Below, piece by piece: positions 50,837 through 60,746 of a DNA stretch of 64,000 nucleotides (position 1 is the stretch's first letter; each line of letters begins with the position of its first letter). Source of the DNA: Cetorhinus maximus (taxonomy: Eukaryota); NCBI RefSeq assembly GCF_964194155.1, contig NC_135892.1, positions 66,588,001-66,652,000 on the forward strand, given 5' to 3'. Both the position numbers and the translations under genes were made by a program. The notes under the pieces are model-generated. The model saw nothing but the letters and a program-made list of their open reading frames with translations, was not told where the DNA came from and did no database searches.

Positions 50837-52125
50837 AGAATAAGAACAAAAATACCTGGAAAAACTCAGCAGGTCTGACAGCATCTGCGGAGAGGAATCC
50901 AGTTAACGTTTCGAGTCCAAATGACTTCACCAGAACTAACGAAAAATAGAAATGAGGTGAAATATAAACTGCTTTAAGCGGGGGTTGGGACAGGTAGAGC
51001 TGGATAGAGGGCCAGTGATAGGTGGAGATTGTCAAAAGATGTCATAGACAAAAGGACAAAGAGGTGTTGACGGTGGTGATATTAGCTAAGAAATGTGCTA
51101 ATGGTGACATTAAGGGTAGAAAGCAGGACGAGCAACAGACAGATAGCCCTAGTGGGGGTGGGGTGGGGGGGAATCAAAATAGGCTAAAAGGTAGAGATAA
51201 AACAATGGATGGAAATACATTTAAAAATAATGGAAATAGATGGGAAAAGAAAAATATATGTAAATTATTGGAAAAAGGGGGATCGGATAGTGGGTTGAGA
51301 TGGAGGAGAGAGTTCTTGATCTAAAGTTGTTAAACTCAATGTTAAGTCCAGAAGGTTGTAAAGTACTTAGTTGGAAGATGAGGTGCTGTTCCTCCAGTTT
51401 GCGTTGAGCTTCATTGGAACATTGCAGCAGGCCAAGGACGGACATGTGGGCATGAGAGCAGGGTGGTGTGTTGAAATGGCAAGTGACAGGGAGGTCTGCG
51501 TCATGCTTGCAGACAGACCGAAGGTGTTCCACAAAGCGGTCACCCAGTCTGCGTTTGGTCTCTCCAAAGTAGAGGAAACCGCAATGGGAGCAGCGAATGC
51601 ATTAAACTAAATTGAGGGAAGTGCAAGTGAAATGCTGCTTCACTTGAAAGGAGTGTTTGGGCCCTTGGACGGTGAGGATGGGGGAAGTAAAGGGACAGGT
51701 GTTGCAATTGCATGGGAAGGTGCCGTGGGAGGGGGTTGAGGTGTAGGGGGTGACGGAGGAGTGGACCAGGGTGTCCCGGGGGGAACAATCCCTATGAAAT
51801 GCCGCCAAGGGTGGTGAAGGGAAGTTGTGTTTGGTGGTGGCATCATGCTGGAGTTGGCGGAAATGGCGGAGGATGATCCTTTGAATGCCGGGGGCGGGTG
51901 GGGTGATAAGTGAGGACAAGGGGGACCCTATCACGGTTCTGGGAGGGAGAGGAAGGTGTGAGGGTGGATGCGCGGGAGATTGGCCAGGCATGGTTGAGGG
52001 CCCTGTCAACAACTGTGGGTGGAAAACCTCGGTTAAGGAAAAAGGAAGAGATATCAGAGGAACTGTTTTTGAAAGTGGCATCATCAGAACAGATGCAACG
52101 GAGGCAAAGGAACTGAGAGAATGGG
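50837..52125 (-). mobile_element. Penelope-like element, left arm (GIY-YIG region + 3' pLTR)
   Basis: Reverse complement of 52126-53417. Encodes EHLRSVCKHDADLPVTCHFN..EEQHLIFQLSTLQPSGLNIEF. Confidence 0.93.
50901..50937 (-). ncRNA. Minimal type I hammerhead ribozyme motif (mutated copy)
   Basis: The minus strand reads agtt-CTGGTGA-agtcatttggactc-GAAACGTT-aact. It has a core A>G change and a 2-nt deletion relative to the other arm. Confidence 0.7.
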
Positions 52126-53444
52126 CCTTTGCCTCCGTCGCATCTGTTCTGATGATGCCACTTTCAAAAACAGTTCCTCTGACATGTCTTCCTTCTTCCT
52201 TAACCAAGGTTTTCCACCCACGGTGGTTGACAGGGCCCTCAACCGTGTCCAGCCCATCTCGCGCGCATCCACCCTCACACCTTCCTCTCCTCCCCAGAAC
52301 CATGATAGGGTCCCCCTTGTCCTCACTTATCACCCCACCAGCCTCCGTATTCAAAGGATCATCCTCCGCCATTTCCGCCAACTCCAGCATGATGCCACCA
52401 CCAAACACATCTTCCGTTCACCACCCCTGGTGACGTTTCACAGGGATCGTTCCCTCCGGGACACCCTGGTCCACTCCTCCGTCACCCCCTACACCTCAAC
52501 ACCCTCCCACGGCACCTTCCCATGCAACCGCAGAATGTGCAACACCTGCCCCTTTACTTCCCCCCTCCTCACCGTCCAAGGACCCAAACACTCCTTTCAA
52601 GTGAAGCAGCATTTCACTTGCACTTCCCTCAATTTAGCCTACTGCATTCGCTGCTCCCAATGCAGTTTCCTCTACATTGGAGAGACCAAACGCAGACTGG
52701 GTGACCGCTTTGCGGAACACCTTCGGTCTGTCCGCAAGCATGATCCAGACCTCCTTGTCGCTTGCCATTTCAACACACCACCCTGCTCTCATGCCCACAT
52801 GCCCGTCCTTGGCCTGCTGCAATGTTCCAGTGAAGCTCAATGCAAACTGGAGGAACAGCACCTCATCTTCTGACTAGGCACTTTACAGCCTTCTGGACTG
52901 AATATTGAGTTCAACAACTTTAGATCATGAACTCTCTCCTCCATCCCCACCCACTTTCCAATCCCCCTTTTTACAATAATTGATATAGATTTTTCTTTTC
53001 CCATCTATTTCCATTATTTTTAAATGTATTTCCATCCATTGTTTTATCTCTACCTTTTAGCCTATTTTGATTCCCCCACCCCCCACCCCCACTAGGGCTA
53101 TCTGCACCTTGCTTGTCCTGTTTTCTACCCTTAATGTCCCCATTAGCATATTTCTTAGCTAATATCACCACTGTCAACACCTCTTTGTCCTTTTGTCTAT
53201 GACATCTTTTGGCTATCTCCGCCTATCACTGGCCCTCTATCCAGCTCTACCTGTCCCACCCCCCACCCCCCCTTAAACCAGCTTATATTTCACCTCTTTT
53301 CTATTTTTCCTTAGTTATGATGAAGAGTCATTTGGACTCGAAACGTTAACTGGATTCCTCTCCACAGTTGCTGTCAGACCTGCTGAGTTTTTCCAGGTAT
53401 TTTTGTTTTTGTTCTAGATTTCCAGCATCCGCAGTATTTTGCTG
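52126..53444 (+). mobile_element. Penelope-like element, right arm (RT thumb/linker, GIY-YIG endonuclease, 3' pLTR)
   Basis: ORF 52121-52873 reads LRRICSDD..RVPLVLTYHP..GTFPCNRRMCNTC..NLAYCIRCSQCSFLYIGETKRRLGDRFAEH. It is 5'-truncated and lacks the RT core. Confidence 0.95.
53313..53351 (+). ncRNA. Minimal type I hammerhead ribozyme motif (mutated copy)
   Basis: agtt-ATGATGA-a-gagtc-atttg-gactc-GAAACGTT-aact. Stem I is agtt/aact, stem II is gagtc/gactc, and the palindromic AACGTT forms stem III. The first core C is changed to A. Confidence 0.75.
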
Positions 53445-55026
53445 TTAACTTCCCCCTGCCTGGGTGGAGGCCGGGCTGGGTGTGGGGGGAGGTGGGGTAA
53501 TTAAAATGAGTGGGGGTCTAACTCACTACTTTCCATCTGACCAACCGATATTAAAATAGCAAGGGGCAAAGATGCCTTTCCCAAACCTGCCGCATTCCTC
53601 GTTATGCAGATTACTTTAAATGACATCATAATGACCTGTCCCACCATTTTATCTGGTGTGGGAAGCTGTAGTGGCTCCCCGGTCTTGTCAAATCTGCCAG
53701 AAGCTGGATCAAGGGCCTGAAGAGGCCCGGCAAAGAAAGTTTTGTAACTTCCTTTTCATTTCCTTGTGGGCAGGGGAGCAGGCATACTTCGCCCAACACC
53801 CTCTGTTCATTTTTGGAACTCCCTCTTCATCCACTTACCTGACTGTCGATGACCGGGTCTCCATGGAGCTGGACTCTTGCCACCCGAAGTCCCACTTGCA
53901 ACCACTAGCCAGGCAATTAAATCAGCTGGGCGTGGACAGGAGTCAGGGCCTGAACATGAAAATGATGCCCAGGAGGCCACCCCTTACGAGTTTGTTATTT
54001 GTGTAAGACCCTCGCATGGACGGAACTTGCCAGCCCCCTAGTAAAATCAGGGCATGCCTGTTAGGCCTTATGGTCAATTTAATCAGTCTATATTGGGGCC
54101 AATATTCTGTACATGTGTCCATCTGGTATATCACTTGTGTTAACAAAAAATTAACCACTCTAATATATGTAAGCATTTCAACCTTTACCAAAGTTTAATA
54201 TGACAGTCCCTTCAATAAAGTTCAAATTAAGCATAAAATTGCTAACTACAAAACCACTCCCAAATTACTGCTATTATATAGAATCCTGATCCAAGCAAAA
54301 CATTTACACAAAAATCCCATTCCAAGCTTAAAGTGTTTCCCTATTTAATGTACAGCAGCACACTTGTCTTTTACTGTCAAAAAGCCCTATACAGATGACA
54401 GCATGTTTAAGGAATCTAATCATGTTTGGATACAATAAAGTTAATTTGGCTTGAAGTAAATGAATGAATAGATGTCACACTGATAATGGTTTACAGACTG
54501 ACTATTTTCATCAAGAATTCATAGAAGCCCAGCAGTACATTTCTTGGCAAATCGGCTTTTGCTTATCAGAACCTAACTGTAATGAGTATTGGATAAAAGA
54601 GACTATGAGGCATTATGAAATCATCCAGCATAACTATAAAATATAACTTTTATTCTTATATGGGCAAGGTGATGACACATGAATGGCAAGTGCCAGGAAG
54701 TTCCTAGGAGCTGCTCTTATTCCGCTGCTGTAACCTCTAACAAAATTCCAAGGAAATTTCGAGCCAAAGCATTGAGTTAATTATGAAATAAAGCAGGGGC
54801 TGGCACTGAGCTGACTAGGAACAAGTTTACACAAGACAAGGGGTGTCTCATTCCCCTGACCTTTCTGCACAACATGAGGGCCATCATTACCTCTGAACAC
54901 AATGCTAAATGGAATGAAGGATCCACTCGGCCCTATTTAAAGAGGTCATTAGCTATTTAGAGATTAATTGCTGGATAATATCTCCTGACTGCAGATGAAA
55001 TTCTATGTGTTTTTGGAGTTCTCCTA

Positions 55027-56399
55027 GGGCAGGATTTTCAGCTTGGCATGCAGGCACATGCCCAACACGCACGAGTGTGGAATTGCACGCGATGACATCA
55101 GGTGATCATTCCAAAGTCATAGCGCAATTGCGCAATATTTCGGTTGCCTGGTGCGCGGCAGTGCGCCCGCCGACAATTAAGAGAGGCTGTTAAGCCCATT
55201 GAACAATTAATTAAAGTGAATTATTCCCTGCCTGTCCAACCTTACAGTTGGCGGGTGGGCGAACAGGCCAAGCGGCCTTTGCATTTTTTTGAAACCTCAT
55301 CCATGGGCGGTATAAGGTTTTGAACATTGATTAAAAAAAAATAAAAATTTTTGAACCTCATTTTTAACATGTCTCTGCTCATGTGACAGAGGGACATGTT
55401 TTCCTTGGGCAGAATTTTACCCTCAGCGGGGGTGGGCGGGGGCGGTCGGGAAGCCGACCGCTGCCCGCGATCAGCACCGCACCGCGATGTCACACTGGTG
55501 GGCCAATTAAGGCCAGCCCAGTGTGGAACGCTAGCAGCTGCGTTCAGCGCTGTCTGTGCGGGCGGGGGGAGGGGAGGGTGAGTGGGCCTAGGCCGAACTT
55601 CGCGGATGCGTGTGAGTGAGCGCTTCACTCTCCCTGAGGCACAGAGCTACCTCCGGGAGGTGAAGCGCTGTTTAAAAAAACTAATGAAGAAAATAAAAAT
55701 GTCATAAAACATGTCCCCTCATGTGACTCGGTCACATGAGCAGGGACATGTTTTTAATTGAAGTGTAAAATTTTTATTTGATTTTTATTTGCTTTAGGAA
55801 CCCTCACCCCACCCGTGGATGAGGTTTCCTAAAAAGTGCAAAGACTGCTCGACATTTTCGCCTGCCCGCCAACCGTAAGGTTGGACGGACAGTGTAAATT
55901 TGAATTTAATGACATTTTAATGGCTTTAATAGGCATTTTAACTGTCGGCGGGCGTGCTGCCAGCTTTGGTGCGCGCCCGCTGAACAAAATATCGCGAAAT
56001 TACACGATGACATCGGGATGCTCGCCTGACATCATCGCACGTCATTTTACATTCAGCCAGGTCGGGCGCGCGCCCATCTGCCGGGCTCAATATTCTGCCC
56101 CGTATTTTTGAAATCTTTATTTTTAATGTTAAAAATCTTCAGCTCCCTGAGGCAGCTCTGTGCCTTCAGGGAGCTTTCACTGAGCACACCTGCCGCACGT
56201 GCACATTTCAGCACTCGCGCTCCTCCCACCCCCACCCAGGCAGCGCTGAGGTTATCAGCGCACGTTTCACGCTGGCTGGCTGTTAATTGGCCAGCCAATG
56301 TGAAATCGCAGTCGGGACCCGACTGCAAGCGGCAGACCATTGTGCGGCCGCCTCAGGACCCACCCGCCGTGCCTTCCCAATGAGGAAACAATCCTCCCC
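55027..56399. mobile_element. Harbinger MITE (outer), TSD CTA
   Basis: gggcaggatttt ... aatcctcccc, with CTA at 55024-55026 and 56400-56402. It is in opposite orientation to 15848-16476. Confidence 0.85.
55407..56100. mobile_element. Harbinger MITE (inner), nested in a MITE of the same family
   Basis: gggcagaatttt ... aatattctgccc, with flanks CTT/CGT. Confidence 0.9.
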
Positions 56400-56539
56400 C
56401 TATACTTTGATACTCTACAGGGAAAGGTCTGGCTGGTATTGAAGTACCTTAATTGCAAATTTAAAATCTTGTGCTGAAAGAAGTTGCTTCCAGACCTGAG
56501 TGGCCTGATAAGGCTTCTTCCAGAAATTGCATGACTGAG

Positions 56540-56810
56540 AGAATGAGAGGCCACACAAAGTGGAACAAACTCCTAGAAGAGGGAGGAGGAGTATAAGGAG
56601 AAGAGCTCTCAGTAAGAGGTCATATCCACTGATGATCTTCAGAGAAGAATTATCTGACCTCAATTTCAGTGAGGAGCAATGCATAAGGTATCTTCAGTTC
56701 ACGAATGAGGCTGTGAGTGAAATTGGCCAACTGCTGCAGTGATAACATCAAAGTAGACCAAATACAACATTGCCTGAGCTTTCAAGGTGACTGTAGCTCT
56801 TAAGTTTCAT
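56540..56810 (+). pseudogene. Harbinger transposase N-terminal remnant
   Basis: RRRALSKRSYPLMIFREELSDLNFSEEQCIRYLQF aligns with RRRHYPAPRVYRR*SSYLNMTEVQCRRRLRL near 59370. Confidence 0.7.
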
Positions 56811-57049
56811 GTGTTTGACAGAACACACAGGAAGCATAGAACCCACAACAGAAATGATGGCAACTGACAGCAGAGTAAGCTGCCTGGGCTACGTACAGGA
56901 GCTGTTTTATGTCTGATAGTTCACCACCTGTTAGACACTATCCTTTTCTTTTATGTATGAGTTTTGTTTTTAAATATGACAATGGTGGGGACGTAAACAC
57001 AGGGACCAAAGTTCTGCAGGATTTTGCCAGTATTCCACTGCAACTCTGG

Positions 57050-57880
57050 CAGAAGACTGATGAAAACTTCAAGAAACCAATGGATATCTGTTTTGTACTT
57101 GGATTCCACATGTCCGAGTATTTCCCCTTTGCCTTTGTCTATCCCATATAAATGGCTCAATCAATACCACCGAATTCCCTTTATCTGTATGTTAGTTCAA
57201 TTGTTCAAAGTACAGCATGATATCACATTTGTGAGTTGTTTTAAAGAAGTCCATGCCATTTATCTTTCATTATTCCATGAATCTCTAAATGTTCATGAAC
57301 ATAGTTGCCTTGTTTGGCCTTCTCTACCTTTTTGCACAAATATACACCACTCAGTTCTTATCTCCTATAAAAATGCATTTAATGAAGTCAGCATTAATAA
57401 CTTTCAGATCAGTCATAACATGGGTCAAATGAAGTTCACAGACTGCCTTCACAGTATTCTATAACCAAATTCCCAGAAGAGTGACCTTTGCTATACCAGT
57501 GTGCATATTTCACATCCCAGCAATCAGCAATAATTGTGACATCTCTAAGTAATAATTTGCACTGGCCTAGAAACAGTTTTGTACATTTAACTTGTGATCA
57601 GGGTGTGCGCCAGTGCCAGCCTAATGGCTCCTTTGAGTGGTTGAACTGGAGGGTGAACTTGTCCAGTTTTTTTGAGTGCGTGTTGCTTCATGAGGCCCTT
57701 TGCCCGTCCTGCCCTTGGGACTGATCCTTTAGTTATAGCTCTATTTCTATGAGACCAGTCCATTTGGTACTCTGAGCAGGGTGAAGCCCACTGGCACTGC
57801 TTCTCTAAAGAGTTACTGCCTGTCATATTCAACTGTGATAGGCTCCTGTAACTGGGTGTTCAATGGTTCAGTCATGGTAA
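57050..57880 (-). mobile_element. Very old CR1-like RT remnant
   Basis: The minus strand reads YVHEHLEIHGIMKDKWHG, similar to the CR1 segment ending in SQHGF. The rest is heavily decayed. Confidence 0.45.
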
Positions 57881-59194
57881 TAAGGGGAAAACCTTGTGTT
57901 AAGCTTAAGTTTATACTGTTTTTGCATTTGCCTGCAGAGTGACATAAAGATGTCATTTGGTTCCCTGCCATTGAGTAAAGTTTCAGTGGACTACAGTGAC
58001 GTCAAAGATGCATGCTGCTCAATCTCTGAAAGCTACTGTTGATGGAATCAATTAATGCTGTGAAAACCTTCAGCTCCTCTATTCTGCAGACTGGTCCAGT
58101 GGGGTATCAACCCTTTGCCATGCTGCTGGCAAATATCAAGAAAGAACGAGAGAAAAAAGGACTGAAGAAGAAGGCAGGTTGCTGAAAGCAAAACATAGGC
58201 GATGCTATTCCTATAATTTACCAAAGTATATCTTGACTCAAATAATGAGTTTCAGCAGTGTACAAGTTTCAATACACACAGATAGTCGAAAGTGGAGCAG
58301 CAGAAAGAAATGTGGAATGTTACTTATAGAACATTGAAATCCTGAAGCTTGGGTCCTGTTTAAAATATGTAGAGTTGAATAAATGCTTCTTACATCTATT
58401 AGATCCCATCTAAATTAAAATAATTACTATTCTATTATGACAATGTGTTTGATGTGGAAAGTACAAAATCCAGAATCAGTTTTAAGTAATACTTTAGCCT
58501 CTATCCATTCTTTGCCATGGTACGTTATTGCGTGTGATTTTGTGATTACACTGGGGCTGGTTTTGACTTGATCCAATAGTGTAAGACAAGTGATAGTTAA
58601 TCAACAACTCAATTTACATCTCTCCACAGTGGAGTAGCTTTTGACTTCACTAGAAATAAAAAAATGGGGGAAATGTAACATGGGCTGCTGACTGACTATC
58701 GCATGGTTTATACGATCACATAGGGCAGAATTTTCTGGCTGACGTGCGGGTGGGGGAGCCCACACGTCAGCACTTAAAATGTCACGCAATAATCCCGACG
58801 TCAGCGCGCGGCATCGCGATATTTCGGTCAGCAAACGCACAGCAGTGGGACGCGCACCCGCCATTAATTAAAGGCCTCTTTAAGGCCCTTAGCTTGCCAA
58901 TTGTCGACGATTTTGAGGGGCCCATGCAAACTTCGGCTCGGCGAACGGGCCCAACGGGCAGGTGGATAGGAGATTTTTTATTAAAACTCATGCACTGGCG
59001 GGGTATTTGGTCTCGGAGGGGTTGCTCATGTTTTTCATGAAGTCTTTAATGCAGAAAGTGCTTTAAACTTGTCTGTGTGATGGTTAGCAGTTCACATCAA
59101 TTTCCAAGAGCTTTCTATGTACTTTGAAACCAACTTGCAGACAGTAATCTTTATCGGGCCTGCAGCTTTCCGGAGGCCTCCATTTAGCCTGGAT

Positions 59195-60419
59195 ATGGGT
59201 TCTGACATCTCCACTGGAGGCAGCTCCACTGAGGAGGAAGGGAGGGATAGAATAAGGAGGAGGCCAGGAGTGGACAATCAGCCTCCAGGGGAGCCATCTT
59301 TCGGAGGCCAGGCGCAGGCACAAGGGGCGCAGGGCCAAGAGGTTGTCCAAGGTGGAAGGGGCTGCAGAAGACGCCACTATCCTGCTCCCAGGGTATACAG
59401 GCGGTGAAGCAGCTACCTCAATATGACTGAGGTGCAGTGCCGAAGGAGGCTCCGACTGTCAAGGGGGGCAGTGAACTATGTCTGTCCGATGATTGGCCCT
59501 GAGATCTCCCCTAACTGTGTGGGCAGACACCCCACGCCAGCGGCTCTGAAGTTCACAGTTGCCCTCAACTTCTATTCCTCTGGCTCCTTCCAGGGCTCAG
59601 TGGGTGATCTTTGCGGTGTCTCCCAATCAGCTGTACACACTTGAGTCAAGCAGGTCACAGACGCTCTGTTCAGACGGACATTGACCTTCATCCACTTCCG
59701 CTGTGACCAGGCAAGCCAGACACAGCGAGCCAGAGGCTTCGCAGCCATTGCTGGCTTCCCCCGTGTCCAGGGTGCAATAGACTGTACACATGTGGCCATC
59801 AAGGCGCCAGCAGGTGAGCCCAGTGCCCTCGTCAACAGGAAGGGCTTCCACTCCATGAACGTGCAGATAGTGTGTGATCACGGGATGCAGATTCTGCAAG
59901 TTTGTGCAAGGTACCCAGGCAGCTCCCACGACGCCTACATCCTCAGACACTCCCAGGTGCCGGGGCTCTTCAGTGCTCCAGCTCGGCTGGATGGATGGCT
60001 GCTGGGTGACAAGAGCTAACCCCTCAGAAGGTGGCTCATGACGCCTCTCCGCCATCCAAGAACAGAAGCTGAGCAGCGCTACAATAGGAGCCACGCCTCC
60101 ACAAGGGCTGTAGTGGGGAGAGCCATCAGTCTTCTCAAGATGCGGTTCCGTTGCCTGGACCGCTCAGGGGGCGCACTCCAGTACCCCCCAGATCGCGTTT
60201 CTCTGATAGTGGTAGCATGCTGCATCCTGCACAATCTTGCACTGGAAAGGGGGGATGCAGTTGACGATGAAGACCTTGACGCAGTGGATGAGGCTGATGA
60301 TGAATCCAGCAGAGGATGAGGAAGCACAGGGCAACGATGAGGGGCAGCACGCCGACCCACTACTACACCAAGGAGGCAGGGACACCTGGGACAATTTAAT
60401 CCAACAAACCTTCAGCTCG
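59195..60419 (+). pseudogene. Harbinger DDE transposase (HARBI1-like family), inactivated
   Basis: One frame reads VALNFYSSGSFQ, FPRVQGAIDCTHVAI, NRKGFHSMNVQIVCD, YPGSSHD, WLLGDKS*PL, LLKMRFRCL and ACCILHN. Stops occur at 59405, 59642 and 60017, with a frameshift near 60310. Confidence 0.95.
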
Positions 60420-60746
60420 CTCCACACACATCGATCAGCAGGACCAGCATTGCCTGGCGCTTCCACATGTGGCACTTAGGTGCTACATCTTCCACCTCAA
60501 CAGCTGCAACTAAGGGCTTAGTACAGAAACATCAATGTCCACTCAAACACTCATGAGATGTCTGTGAAAAATACAAATGCAGCACAAAGGAAACACCCTC
60601 AGCCATGGTCAGAAAAGTGGACTTTATTCGGTCCAACATAAAACAGAAACGTCTCTATGGTAAACATAAGTATTTGTTCCCTAATCTAAGGCCAACACAA
60701 ACTCACCAGTGACATACCTGTGGAGTGCCTAACGTGCATTATGCTT

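Larger units (their letters stand above)
50814..54051. mobile_element. Old MITE hosting the Penelope insertion
   Basis: Termini ggccccaatttt and aaaatcagggc. The GC-rich body resumes at 53445. Confidence 0.55.

Noticed and set aside
51602-52433. Long ORFs (268 aa minus, 182 aa plus) as novel proteins
   Set aside because: They are off-frame or antisense readings that cross the palindrome centre.
50837-53444. Assembly artefact (inverted read chimera)
   Set aside because: The arms differ by about 9% in the sampled part and by indels, and the unit is bounded by a TSD.
59195-60419. Domesticated host HARBI1 gene
   Set aside because: It lies between TIRs with a TSD, has several stops, and has multiple decayed relatives in the window.
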